DNA from: an uncultured Tenacibaculum sp.
Lineage (GTDB): Bacteria; Bacteroidota; Bacteroidia; Flavobacteriales; Flavobacteriaceae
Assembly (NCBI GenBank): GCA_938041625.1
Contig: CALISK010000147.1
Span: forward strand, 1 to 57,357
Length of the DNA: 57,357 nucleotides
Reading direction: 5' to 3'
Below the pieces are notes generated by a model, which had not been told where the DNA came from, made no database searches, and worked only from the letters and a program-made list of their open reading frames with translations. The position numbers and the translations under genes were made by a program. Positions 21,426-31,837 of the stretch are shown here, piece by piece (the stretch's first letter is position 1; each line of letters begins with the position of its first letter).

Positions 21426-22439
21426 TTAAATGAGAGAGAAATTTAATATAGTTTCATTTTTATATTCTTCATCAGCCCTTATTAAAGTAGAAGGGAAATT
21501 AGAATTATTTGGACTATCGGGAAACTTTTGTGTTTCAAAACATATTGCAGGATAGTCTAAATATTTTGCATTTTCTTTAAATGTCAAGAAATTTAAATTT
21601 GAAGGAGTGTAAATAACAACAGCAGGCTGGTTTGTTGTTACAATCATTTTTATACCTGTGTGTTCTGATATTAAAATTATTTTTTGATTGTCCTTTTTAA
21701 AAATAAAAGTATCATCTAAGCCATAAAAAGAGTCATTTTTTATTTTTTTGAGCTTATTGTAATCGTATTTAGTTTTATCTACATGTAATATATTTCCAGT
21801 AGGAATCAGTTTGCTATCAACTTCTAAATATGTATTACATGCTAATTGTAATTGATGATTTAAAATAGAGTTTCCTCCGTTTAAATTATAATAATTATGA
21901 TTAGTGATGTTAATATGTGTTTTTTGATCACTGATAGCTGTGTATGTAATATGTAAATTATTGTCTTTTGTAAGGAGATATGTTGCATTTACTTTTACAT
22001 TACCAGGGTATCCTTCTTCTAAATGTTTGCTTTTATAAAAAAAAGTTACTTTAGATATATGATTATTGTTTTTTTGAATGTCTTTAATTTTCCATGTTTT
22101 TTTATCAAAACCAATTTTACCACCATGTAAATGTATGTTGTTTTCATCATGATTTAGAAAAAACTCATTTTGATCTATAGTAAAAGATTTATTAGAAATT
22201 CTTCCTGCATATCTACCAATAGTACTGCCTAAATAGATTTTCTTTTTGAGATAATCTTCAGATAAATAATTCTTTTCGTTTTCGAGACTTAATATAGTAT
22301 TTGTTAGTTTTTTAAATTTATTAGGGACTTTTAAACTTATAATTGTTGCTCCAATAGGACTAATAATTACTTCCATTCCGTTTTCATTAGTAAGTTTAAT
22401 AGTAGAAGGAATTACCGTTTTTGAGTTTTGAATGTTCAT
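21426..22439 (-). CDS. galM: Aldose 1-epimerase (galactose mutarotase)
   Basis: GRYAGRI, LHGG, GYPG, NITNHNYYNL, CFETQKFPDSPN motifs. Confidence 0.93.
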   Translation of the reverse strand: MNIQNSKTVIPSTIKLTNENGMEVIISPIGATIISLKVPNKFKKLTNTILSLENEKNYLSEDYLKKKIYLGSTIGRYAGRISNKSFTIDQNEFFLNHDENNIHLHGGKIGFDKKTWKIKDIQKNNNHISKVTFFYKSKHLEEGYPGNVKVNATYLLTKDNNLHITYTAISDQKTHINITNHNYYNLNGGNSILNHQLQLACNTYLEVDSKLIPTGNILHVDKTKYDYNKLKKIKNDSFYGLDDTFIFKKDNQKIILISEHTGIKMIVTTNQPAVVIYTPSNLNFLTFKENAKYLDYPAICFETQKFPDSPNNSNFPSTLIRADEEYKNETILNFSLI

Positions 22440-22442
22440 GCT

Positions 22443-23455
22443 TTATCGACTAGATTGTCTTTTTATTAATTTTGTATTTAGTATTCTATGTTTGCTAGGA
22501 AGACTTTTTTCACCTATGTTTCTATTCTGTTTATAAGGGTTTCAAAAGCTCTTTTTCCCATTTTTTCTTCATTCTGGCTTATAATAGACAATGATGGGAT
22601 AGTATAGTTAGGTATTAATCCATCAGTAAAACCTATAACAGAGATGTCTTTAGGTATAGAGAATCCTTGTTCTTGAATAATTTTTAAAGAACAAATAGCA
22701 GATAGTTGATCAGCAGTAATTAAAGCATCAATATTATCTTTTTTTAGATGTTTTATTAAAATAGTATTCAAATTATTATAACTAGGAATTTCTATGACTA
22801 AACTATTTTTAATGTTTAGTTTTTCTAGGGTTTTTAAATAGCCATCTTTTCTTAATTTACCTACACTTGTTTGGTATATTGTAGATAAAAAAGCAATGTT
22901 TTTACAACCTGTTGAGTAAAGGTACTTTGTGGCTTCGCAAGTTGCTTTAAAATCATTAATAGTAATTTTATCACAGTCAATCTCGTTACATACTCTATCG
23001 AACATTACTACAGGAAGCTTCTTTTTATTAAAACTTTTTAAGTGTTTGTATTGTTGTAAATCTTGTGTTTCTTGTGATAATGAAATTATAATTCCATCTA
23101 CGCTCCCATTTAATAAAATAGAAACACCTTCTACTTCTTTTTTTATAGTGTCGTTGGATAAACAGATTATAATTTTGTAATTTTTTTTTGCGGCTTCATT
23201 TTCAATGGCCCTAATTACTTTTGCAAAAAAATCACTCTCTATATTTGGTAAAATTACCCCTATTCGTTTAGTCGCACTCGATTTTAAGCTACGAGCACTA
23301 TCATTAGGGACATAGTTTAAAGATTTAGCTATTTTTAATATATTACTTTTTGTTTGCTCACTAATTTCATGACTACCATTTAAAGCTTTTGATACAGTAG
23401 AAATTGAAACATTTAAAACATTGGCGATATCTTTTAATGTAGTTTGATTACGCAT
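22443..23455 (-). pseudogene. LacI-family regulator with a frameshift near the C-terminus (called ORF 22514..23455)
   Basis: HTH TLKDIA...STVSKALN; ORF stops at INRIET*, but an adjacent frame continues NIGEKSLPSKHRILNTKLIKRQSSR* to 22443, 3 nt before galM. May be a real lesion or a sequencing error. Confidence 0.75.
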
Positions 23456-23727
23456 ATGACTATTTTTGAATTAGATAATGCGTTGTATTTTATTATGATG
23501 AACATTATTTGTTTTTTATTATTGTCATTATTGCTAAGAAGATGTAAAAATTTAATAATAATGTTTTTTCTAAAGCTTTAAATAATTTTTTCTAATAAAG
23601 AATGTCTTTCGTTATAATAGATATACTCATTAATTAAATTTATTTTATCACAATGTTTTAGAATAAAATTAAACGGTTTGTTTTACCCATGAAATTTAAA
23701 TAAAAAATTATATTAATGCCTATCTAG

Positions 23728-23787
23728 TAAAAGTATGGGTGAACACAGTTGTTAAAGTTATTTAACGACTAGAAAAAAACTAGACAA
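23728..23787 (-). promoter_or_regulatory. Motif B variant oriented towards lacI-galM
   Basis: TTGTCTAGTTTTTTTCTAGT (23787-23768) with TACTTTTA at 23735-23728 after a 32-nt gap. Confidence 0.5.
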
Positions 23788-23907
23788 AGTTGAGTAAGCC
23801 TATAAAAAATCATTTATTACATCTTGTTTAGTATTTGTTTTACTTGTGTTTTTATTGTTAATATTGTAGAAAGTATAACCTCTTTTATTAAAAATACTAC
23901 TTAAATT

Positions 23908-25512
23908 ATGTATAAAGTATTATCTATATTATTGTTTTTGTTTACAATATGTTGCGAGTTGCAAAGTCAAAATGAAGAAACAGATAAGATTTATGAAAAA
24001 GCATTACAAATTCGTTTAAAGTATCCAGATAGTGCTATAAATTTATTTAGTAAAAGTTATAAAAATTATATGAAACAAAAAGACACTATAAAAGCAATTT
24101 ATAGTGTTTTAAATAAAAGTGAGATATATGAAAATAGTGCAAATTATGCAAAGTCATATGAAATACTTTGGAAAGTAGTCATCATGCTTGATGGCTCTAA
24201 AGATGTAAGTTTAAAATCTATTTTATTTCATAGATTGGGAAGAATTTTCTCTTACTACAAGAGAGAAGATGAATCTATAAAATATTTAAAAAAAGCGTTA
24301 AATATTCAAAAAAATATAGTAAAGAAAAATAATTTATCAAAAGCAGGTTTAGTTCCTTATTATTATTCTTTAGTTTCTACTTATAGAGAGTTAAATAATG
24401 ATGAATTAACCAGTTCTTATTTAGATAGTTGTTATATATATCATAATAAAGATAAATCACTTGTCTCAAAAGCATTTATAGATTTTGAAAAAGCTTGCCA
24501 ATTAATTAAAAAAGATAGTCCTAAAGCAATTAAATTGTTGGACGAAATTTATCCATGGTTTAAAGAAAAATCACCATCATATTTAGTGTTGTTTAATAAA
24601 TATAAAGGAGATGCATATTTTGAGGTGTCTAATTTTGTCGAGAGTGAAAAATGTTATCTAGATGCTTTAAAGGTTTCAAAAAAATATAATAGTCATATAG
24701 ATTTTACTCCATTAATTTATGAAAAATTAGCAGCTTTGTATGTTAAAAATAAAAACTACAAATTAGCTTATGAAAACTTAAGTAAAGAAAAAATTTTAGA
24801 TCAAAATATATTTGATATTAGAAGTCAAAGAAATCAAAATCATATTGAGATTAGAAACGAATATTTAATAGAGAAACAACGACAAAATCAACTCCTACAA
24901 AAACAATATTTAAAACAATTAGAACAAGAAGATAAAATACAAAACTTACAACTAATTGTTTTATTTATATCTATAATATCTGTATTACTTATTAGTTTTT
25001 CTTATGTTAAAAGACTTAGACATAAACATATTTCAGAAAACAAAATGCTGAAAATGAATAAAGAGTTAGAAATAAAGAAGAAAAATGAAATGCTAGATTT
25101 GAAAAATAAAGAATTAGCTACATCTGCATTGCAAATTATAGAAAAAGATGAGTTATTAAGTATGCTAAGAACTAAGATTAGAGGGGCTAAAACAGACAAG
25201 TCTAAGGTAAATGAAATAAATAATGCATTAAGAACAACTTCCATAAGTAATAATAAGAATTGGGAAGAGTTTAAATTGAGGTTTATAGATGTTAATAAAG
25301 AGTTTTATGATAAAATTTTTGCTCTTTTTCCTAATCTAAGCCAAGGGGATCAAAAAATATGTGCGTTAATTAAATTGAATTTTTCGAGTAAGAATATGGC
25401 GAAATTACTAGGTATTTCTGTAGAGTCTGTTCATACTTCTAGACATAGAATTCGTAAAAAAATGAACCTTGAAAGAAGCACAAACTTAGAAGATTTTATA
25501 AATTCAATATAA
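23908..25512 (+). CDS. Membrane-spanning regulator: signal peptide, TPR-like periplasmic domain, TM helix, coiled coil, LuxR-type HTH
   Basis: Hydrophobic N-terminus; helical repeats; TM LIVLFISIISVLLISFSYV; C-terminus LSQGDQKICALIKLNFSSKNMAKLLGISVESVHTSRHRIRKKM. Confidence 0.85.
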   Translation: MYKVLSILLFLFTICCELQSQNEETDKIYEKALQIRLKYPDSAINLFSKSYKNYMKQKDTIKAIYSVLNKSEIYENSANYAKSYEILWKVVIMLDGSKDVSLKSILFHRLGRIFSYYKREDESIKYLKKALNIQKNIVKKNNLSKAGLVPYYYSLVSTYRELNNDELTSSYLDSCYIYHNKDKSLVSKAFIDFEKACQLIKKDSPKAIKLLDEIYPWFKEKSPSYLVLFNKYKGDAYFEVSNFVESEKCYLDALKVSKKYNSHIDFTPLIYEKLAALYVKNKNYKLAYENLSKEKILDQNIFDIRSQRNQNHIEIRNEYLIEKQRQNQLLQKQYLKQLEQEDKIQNLQLIVLFISIISVLLISFSYVKRLRHKHISENKMLKMNKELEIKKKNEMLDLKNKELATSALQIIEKDELLSMLRTKIRGAKTDKSKVNEINNALRTTSISNNKNWEEFKLRFIDVNKEFYDKIFALFPNLSQGDQKICALIKLNFSSKNMAKLLGISVESVHTSRHRIRKKMNLERSTNLEDFINSI

Positions 25513-25612
25513 GTTTAAATATCTTTCGGTTTCATTTTTTTGAATAAAATACAGCTATTCCTTCATGTAAATATTAATATTATTATTGCATTAATATGAA
25601 GGAATATTTATG

Positions 25613-25641
25613 AAAACAGCATTTTGATAGCTGTTTTTTTT
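25613..25641 (+). terminator. Probable intrinsic terminator after the TPR-LuxR gene
   Basis: AAAACAGC...GCTGTTTT stem followed by a T-run. Confidence 0.6.
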
Positions 25642-25854
25642 AATTTATGAAAACTAGAATAAGCTGCAAATTGTTATAAAACCTTAATTTAATATATACA
25701 ATGGTTTAAGTATGATCAGTTTTTTGAGTTATTGTTGTACAGTTTTTTTTTAAGGTATTTAACTTGTAAAATGAACAGGAATCAAGAGAATATTGGATAG
25801 TAGAGCTACTTAATATTGTTTTTTGTAAGTCTTGTGTTGTGCTTATTTATCTAT

Positions 25855-25914
25855 TTGTAAAGTTTTTGTCAAGTAGCTTTAGCTATTACTTAACAGTGTT
25901 TTCATCTACTTTTA
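25855..25914 (+). promoter_or_regulatory. Motif B direct repeat upstream of the L-AHG catabolic operon
   Basis: TTGTAAAGTTTTTGTCAAGT (25855-25874; 17/20 identical to the susC2 site) with TACTTTTA at 25907-25914 after a 32-nt gap. Confidence 0.65.
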
Positions 25915-26038
25915 ACTCAGTCTATTTATTGATAATGTAAAGTGTTCTTATTTGGTATTTATCATTAGAGTAAAATAAATAGATAAATTAATTAGAAAGA
26001 GATATAAATCTCAAAAGCAAATCAAATTTATTTAAATA

Positions 26039-27058
26039 ATGAAAGCAACTCTTTACAAAGGAGATAAAACACTGTCTTTAATTGATAAAAATATAGAAGA
26101 TCCAAAAAAGGATGAAGTAAGGATAAGAGTAGCATATGCAGGGGTGTGTGGAACTGATATGCATATTTATCATGGTATGATGGATAGTAGAGTGAATATT
26201 CCATTAACAATAGGTCATGAAATGTCTGGTATTATAGATGCTATTGGTAATAATATCACAGATTATAAGATAGGAGATAAAGTAGTTGTAAGACCTTTAG
26301 ACGATAGATTGGCAAAACCTTCAGATAAAGGTTTTAATCATATATGTGAAGATTTGAAATTTATAGGAATTGACAGTCCAGGGGCTATGCAGCAATATTG
26401 GAATGTTCCTGCATTTACACTTCACAAATTACCAGAAACAACAGACTTGAAATTAGCAGCTTTAGTAGAACCATTATCTGTAGCAACACACGATGTACGA
26501 ATGAGTGGTTTACAACCAGGAGAGTTTGCTGTTGTTTTAGGGGGAGGTCCTATTGGTATGTTAATAGCACTTGTTGCTAAAGAAATGGGAGCAAATGTTT
26601 TAATTTCTGAAGTAAATGAAAGTAGAGTAACTAAAGCAAAAGAAATGGGGTTAGAAGCAATAAACCCTGTAACTACCGATTTAGTAACATACGTTAAAGA
26701 AAAAACAGAAGGAAGACTGGCAGATGTTGTATTTGAAGTGGCAGGGGTACAAGCTACCTTAGATATAATGACAGAAGTGGCAGGTATACGAGGACGAATT
26801 GTTATGGTTGCAATTCATGGGCAATCTAAGCCTGTAAACTTATTTAAATTCTTCTGGAAAGAACTAAAATTAATAGGAGCAAGAGTATATGAAAGAGAAG
26901 ATTATGAAAAGTCAATCCAATTAATAGATGAAAACAATCTTCCGTTTTCAGAAATGATTACAAGTGTGCAATCATTATCAAAAATACAAGAGGTATTTGA
27001 AGGGATAGATGAAAACCCAAATGGAATGAAAACATTAATCGATTGTCAATCAGTATAA
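26039..27058 (+). CDS. Zn-dependent MDR dehydrogenase, probable 2-keto-3-deoxy-L-galactonate 5-dehydrogenase
   Basis: GVCGTD, GHEMSG, VEPL, GGGPIG; first gene of the anhydro-L-galactose operon. Confidence 0.8.
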   Translation: MKATLYKGDKTLSLIDKNIEDPKKDEVRIRVAYAGVCGTDMHIYHGMMDSRVNIPLTIGHEMSGIIDAIGNNITDYKIGDKVVVRPLDDRLAKPSDKGFNHICEDLKFIGIDSPGAMQQYWNVPAFTLHKLPETTDLKLAALVEPLSVATHDVRMSGLQPGEFAVVLGGGPIGMLIALVAKEMGANVLISEVNESRVTKAKEMGLEAINPVTTDLVTYVKEKTEGRLADVVFEVAGVQATLDIMTEVAGIRGRIVMVAIHGQSKPVNLFKFFWKELKLIGARVYEREDYEKSIQLIDENNLPFSEMITSVQSLSKIQEVFEGIDENPNGMKTLIDCQSV

Positions 27059-27066
27059 AAAAAGTA

Positions 27067-27837
27067 ATGGGAATATTAGATAAATTCAGTTTAGAAGGAA
27101 AAACAGCCTTGGTAACAGGTTGTAAAAGAGGAATAGGAAAAGGAATGGCAATCGCATTGGCTGAAGCGGGAGCAAATATTATAGGAGTTTCTGCTTCATT
27201 AGAATTAAGCGGGAGTAGTATTGAGAAAGAAGTAACGGCTTTAGGAAAATCTTTTACAGCATATCAGTGCGATTTTGGAGATAGGAAATTACTGTATGAA
27301 TTTATAAATAAAGTAAAAGAAGAACATTCTAAAGTAGATATTTTAGTTAATAATGCAGGAACTATTTTAAGAGCGCCTGCGGTAGAACATTCAGATGAGT
27401 ATTGGGATAAAGTTATTGAAATTAACCAATCAGCTCAATTTATTTTAACAAGAGAGTTCGGAAAAGAGATGGTAAAACGAGGAGAAGGTAAAGTGATTTT
27501 TACAGCTTCATTGTTAACATTTCAAGGAGGAATAACAGTGCCAGGTTATGCTGCAAGTAAAGGAGCTATAGGGCAATTAACAATGGCTTTTGCAAATGAG
27601 TGGGCTGGTAAAGGAATAAATATAAATGCAATAGCACCAGGTTATATTGCCACAGACAATACAGAAGCATTAAGAAATAACCCAGAGAGAGCAGATTCTA
27701 TTTTATCTAGAATTCCAGCCGGAAGATGGGGGGAACCAGAAGATTTTGCAGGGCCAATAGTGTTCTTAGCTTCTAAAGCATCCGATTATATGAATGGATC
27801 TGTAATGCTTGTAGACGGCGGTTGGATGGGAAGATAA
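27067..27837 (+). CDS. kduD: SDR, KduD-like 2,5-diketo-3-deoxy-hexonate 5-reductase
   Basis: TGCKRGIG, NNAG, FQGGITVPGYAASK (YxxxK), RIPAGRWG, VDGGW; start set to ATG 27067. Confidence 0.88.
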   Translation: MGILDKFSLEGKTALVTGCKRGIGKGMAIALAEAGANIIGVSASLELSGSSIEKEVTALGKSFTAYQCDFGDRKLLYEFINKVKEEHSKVDILVNNAGTILRAPAVEHSDEYWDKVIEINQSAQFILTREFGKEMVKRGEGKVIFTASLLTFQGGITVPGYAASKGAIGQLTMAFANEWAGKGININAIAPGYIATDNTEALRNNPERADSILSRIPAGRWGEPEDFAGPIVFLASKASDYMNGSVMLVDGGWMGR

Positions 27838-27866
27838 AATTAAAATTAAAAACTAATACAACTACA

Positions 27867-29321
27867 ATGTCAACAATAAAAGAATATCAGTTATTTATTA
27901 ACGGAGAATGGAGAACTTCAACATCAGGTGATACTATAGATGTAGTGTGCCCTTCAACAGAAGAAGTTGTGGCAAAAGTTCAAAATGGAACAGTAGAAGA
28001 AGCTATGGAAGCACTTAAGTGTGCTGAAAAAGCTCAAAAAGAATGGAAAAAATTACCTGCTCGTACAAGAGGAGAATATTTATATAAGTTAGCAGATGAA
28101 ATAGATAAAAACTCAGATCGCCTAGCGAAACTTTTAGTAAATGAACAAGGGAAGTTATTAAAAGTAGCAAAAATGGAAGTTGCCGTTACTGCTTCTTTTA
28201 TTAGATATGCAGCAGAAGGAGCTAGAAGAATTGAAGGAGATATCATCCCTTCCGATAATCCAGATGAACAAATTTGGATTCAAAAAGTACCAAGAGGAGT
28301 TGTTGTAGCTATAACAGCTTGGAACTTTCCTTTAGCTTTAGCAGGAAGAAAATTAGGCCCAGCGTTAGTGGCAGGAAACACATTAGTTATAAAGCCAGCT
28401 TCTGAAACCCCTTTAGCAACTTTAGAGTTAGGAGATTTAGCAAATAAAATTGGAATTCCAAAAGGAGTAATTAATATTTTAACAGGTCCAGGTAGGGCTA
28501 TGGGTAATGCATTAGTAGAAAGTCCTATTACTAAAATGGTTACAATGACAGGTTCTACACCTGTAGGCCAACAAATTGCAAAAAATGCAGCTCAAAATTT
28601 AACACATGTACAATTAGAGTTAGGAGGAAAAGCACCATTAATAGTATTTGAAGATGCAGATATTGATAATGCTGTAGATTCAGCTTTACATTCAAGATTT
28701 GATAATTGTGGTCAAGTTTGTACATGTAATGAAAGAATGTATATCCACGAAGGAATTTACGATGAATTTATGGAGAAATTTATCAATAAAGTTAAAGCTC
28801 TAAAAGTAGGAGATCCAATGTTAGAAGATACGGATATGGGGCCTAAAGTAAATGGAGCTGAGTTAAAAGCGATGGAACATTTAGTAGCAGTAAGTGTAAA
28901 AGAAGGAGCAACTATTGCAACAGGAGGAAAGAAACCAGAAGGAACTGCATTTGAAAAAGGCTTTTGGTTTGAACCAACAGTACTAACTAATGTTACTCAA
29001 GACATGACAATTGTTCATGAAGAATCATTCGGGCCTATTTTACCAGTTTTAAAATTTAAAACTTTTGATGAGGTAATTGGTTATGCTAATGATTGTGATT
29101 ATGGTTTAGCGGCTATGGTGTTTACAAATGACATTAGTACAATAATGAAATGTAAAGAAGAACTCGAATTTGGAGAAATCTATGTGAATAGAGGTCATGG
29201 AGAGCAACATCAAGGTTTTCATAACGGATATAAATTATCAGGATCTGGTGGAGAAGATGGAAAATATGGATTCGAACAATACTTAGAGAAAAAGACTTTT
29301 TACGTGAAATTTAAAGCTTAG
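27867..29321 (+). CDS. Aldehyde dehydrogenase, probable 3,6-anhydro-L-galactose dehydrogenase
   Basis: AWNFP, LELGGKAP, NCGQVCTC, EESFGP, GGEDGKYG; in an operon with GH117 and a cycloisomerase; start set to ATG 27867. Confidence 0.87.
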   Translation: MSTIKEYQLFINGEWRTSTSGDTIDVVCPSTEEVVAKVQNGTVEEAMEALKCAEKAQKEWKKLPARTRGEYLYKLADEIDKNSDRLAKLLVNEQGKLLKVAKMEVAVTASFIRYAAEGARRIEGDIIPSDNPDEQIWIQKVPRGVVVAITAWNFPLALAGRKLGPALVAGNTLVIKPASETPLATLELGDLANKIGIPKGVINILTGPGRAMGNALVESPITKMVTMTGSTPVGQQIAKNAAQNLTHVQLELGGKAPLIVFEDADIDNAVDSALHSRFDNCGQVCTCNERMYIHEGIYDEFMEKFINKVKALKVGDPMLEDTDMGPKVNGAELKAMEHLVAVSVKEGATIATGGKKPEGTAFEKGFWFEPTVLTNVTQDMTIVHEESFGPILPVLKFKTFDEVIGYANDCDYGLAAMVFTNDISTIMKCKEELEFGEIYVNRGHGEQHQGFHNGYKLSGSGGEDGKYGFEQYLEKKTFYVKFKA

Positions 29322-29566
29322 ATTTTCTTACAAACTAATTTTAATTCATCAAGTTAGATCAATAACTATAGATAAGTTGAAGACTAAATTTTACATTTTT
29401 AATCTATACTGTTTATAAAAAAGTATTTAAGACTTACGTTTTTGGTCTTCAAATGTAAGTCTCTTTTAAGGGTTTTATTATCAAATAAACTGATCTCCAT
29501 CTAAAGTAGAGTATTAGTAGATATATTAAAATCATTAATAATTCAATTAGAAAAAAATAAAAAAAC

Positions 29567-30658
29567 ATGGGTGCAAAAATAGTAAGTGTAAAAACTAAAT
29601 TGTTTACAGTTCCATTACCAGAAGTGATGTCAGATGCTAAGCATGGCGATCATTATCACTTTGAATTAGTAACCGTAACCATTACGCTAGAAGATGGTAC
29701 TGAAGGAACTGGATATACTTATACTGGTGGAAAAGGAGGGTATGCTATTAAAGCCATGATAGAACATGATTTTACGAATGTATTAGTGAATAAAGATGGA
29801 ACAGATGTAGAGGGAGTTTATGAATTTCTTGAATGGCATATTCATTATGTGGGTAGAGGTGGTATTGCTTCTTTCGCTATATCTGCGGTAGATATTGCTT
29901 TATGGGATATTCGCTGTAAAAAAGCAGAAAAGCCTTTGTGGAAAATGGCAGGAGGAGCAGGGAATACATGTAAAGCATATTGTGGAGGTATAGATTTAAT
30001 GTTTCCAATTGAAAAGTTATTAAAAAACATGGACAGTTATTTGTCTAGAGGTTTTAATGCTGTGAAAATTAAAATTGGAAAAGAAAACTTAGAAGAAGAT
30101 ATAGAACGTATAAAAGCGGTAAGAGAATATATTGGGCCAGATGTTACCTTTATGGTAGATGCCAATTATTCTATGACTGTTGAAAAAGCAATACAAGCAA
30201 TTGAAGCTTTTAGACAATATGATATTACATGGTTTGAAGAACCAATTATTCCAGATAACTATAAAGGTTTTGCAGAAATTTCAGAGGCAACAGATTTTCC
30301 TTTAGCAATGGGTGAAAATTTGCATACAATTCATGAATTTGAATATGCATTCGATCAAGCAAAACTATCTTTTATACAACCAGATGCATCTAATTGTGGA
30401 GGAATTACAGGTTGGCTTGCAGCGGCAAGATTAGCAGATGAGCACAGAATACCTGCTTGTTCTCATGGAATGCAAGAGTTACATGTAAGTTTAGTTTCTG
30501 CTCAACCAAATGCAGGATGGTTAGAGGTGCACAGTTTTCCTATAGATGAATATACGAAGAGACCGTTAGTGGTAAAAGATTTTAAAGCAGTGGCTCCTAA
30601 TACTCCTGGAATAGGAGTAGAATTCGATTGGGAAAAACTAAATCCCTATAAGCAATAA
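29567..30658 (+). CDS. 3,6-anhydro-L-galactonate cycloisomerase (enolase superfamily)
   Basis: DAKHGDH N-terminus, [35 protein letters not shown]. Confidence 0.87.
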   Translation: MGAKIVSVKTKLFTVPLPEVMSDAKHGDHYHFELVTVTITLEDGTEGTGYTYTGGKGGYAIKAMIEHDFTNVLVNKDGTDVEGVYEFLEWHIHYVGRGGIASFAISAVDIALWDIRCKKAEKPLWKMAGGAGNTCKAYCGGIDLMFPIEKLLKNMDSYLSRGFNAVKIKIGKENLEEDIERIKAVREYIGPDVTFMVDANYSMTVEKAIQAIEAFRQYDITWFEEPIIPDNYKGFAEISEATDFPLAMGENLHTIHEFEYAFDQAKLSFIQPDASNCGGITGWLAAARLADEHRIPACSHGMQELHVSLVSAQPNAGWLEVHSFPIDEYTKRPLVVKDFKAVAPNTPGIGVEFDWEKLNPYKQ

Positions 30659-30666
30659 AAAGAATA

Positions 30667-31785
30667 ATGAGTAATAATATAACAGAGGAACAATTAGATT
30701 TCTTAGGAATTACTAATAAAGAAAAATTAAGCGCTGCTAGTAAAAGAGCATTGCAGTGGCCAATGAATTTGGGTAACGATTGGTTTTTTGAATATCAAAT
30801 AGAAGATTTAAAAGGTGATTTGGCTTATGAAGAAGGAGTTGTAAGAAGAGATCCAAGTGCTATGATTAAACACGATGAAAAATATTTCGTGTGGTATTCT
30901 AAATCTACAGGTGCAACAGATGGATTTGCAGGAGATATTGAAAAAGAAAAAGTATTTCCATGGGATGGATGTGATATTTGGTTCGCAAGTTCTTATGATG
31001 GAGTTAATTGGAAGGAAGAAGGTATTGCTGTAAGAAGAGGAGAAAAAAGAACTTATGATGATAGATCTGTATTTACTCCAGAGATTATGGAATATGAAGG
31101 AACTTATTATTTAACATATCAAACGGTTAAAAGTCCTTATGAAGTTAGAGTTAAAAACCAAGTAGGTTTAGCATGGTCAGATTCGCCATATGGTCCTTGG
31201 ATAAAATCGGAAACTCCAATTTTAAGTCCGGCAGATAATGGAGTTTGGAAAGGGGATACCGATAATCGTTTTATGGTTGAAAAGAAAGGTGATTTTGATA
31301 GTCATAAAGTACACGACCCATGTATCATTCCATTTAATGATAAGTTCTATTTATACTACAAAGGAGAACAAATGGGAGAAGAAATAACTTTTGGAGGTCG
31401 TCAAATAAGACATGGTGTCGCTATAGCAGACCATCCTAAGGGGCCTTATATAAAATCAGAATACAATCCGATTTCTAATAGCGGACATGAAATTTGTGTT
31501 TGGAAATATAATGGAGGTATAACATCATTAATAACAACAGATGGTCCAGAAAAAAATACAGTGCAATGGTCTTCAGATGGAATTAATTTCGAAGTAAAAG
31601 CAGTAGTAAAAGGAGCGCCTCATGCTATTGGTTTAAATAGAACTGCAGATGTAGAAAAAGAGCCTTGTGAAATTCTTCGTTGGGGGTTAACCCATAAATA
31701 TATGAATGACGATTATCAATATATAAGAAGGTTTACAACTTGGAAATTAAAGCATCATACTGCTAAAGGAGAACGAGGAGAATAG
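30667..31785 (+). CDS. GH117 alpha-neoagarooligosaccharide hydrolase (alpha-1,3-3,6-anhydro-L-galactosidase), no signal peptide
   Basis: LSAASKRA (SxAxxR), RRDPS, DDRSVFTPE, FDSHKVHDPC, YKGE, NSGHE, C-terminal His region. Confidence 0.93.
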   Translation: MSNNITEEQLDFLGITNKEKLSAASKRALQWPMNLGNDWFFEYQIEDLKGDLAYEEGVVRRDPSAMIKHDEKYFVWYSKSTGATDGFAGDIEKEKVFPWDGCDIWFASSYDGVNWKEEGIAVRRGEKRTYDDRSVFTPEIMEYEGTYYLTYQTVKSPYEVRVKNQVGLAWSDSPYGPWIKSETPILSPADNGVWKGDTDNRFMVEKKGDFDSHKVHDPCIIPFNDKFYLYYKGEQMGEEITFGGRQIRHGVAIADHPKGPYIKSEYNPISNSGHEICVWKYNGGITSLITTDGPEKNTVQWSSDGINFEVKAVVKGAPHAIGLNRTADVEKEPCEILRWGLTHKYMNDDYQYIRRFTTWKLKHHTAKGERGE

Positions 31786-31837
31786 ATAAAAACATTATCA
31801 ACCTATTAAAATATTAGAAATTAAAACAGAATAATTA

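Noticed and set aside
29322-29566. Intergenic gap with an imperfect hairpin (about 29430-29462) inside the L-AHG operon as a riboswitch or REP element
   Set aside because: Single weak stem, no second copy noticed in the window and no recognizable RNA family features
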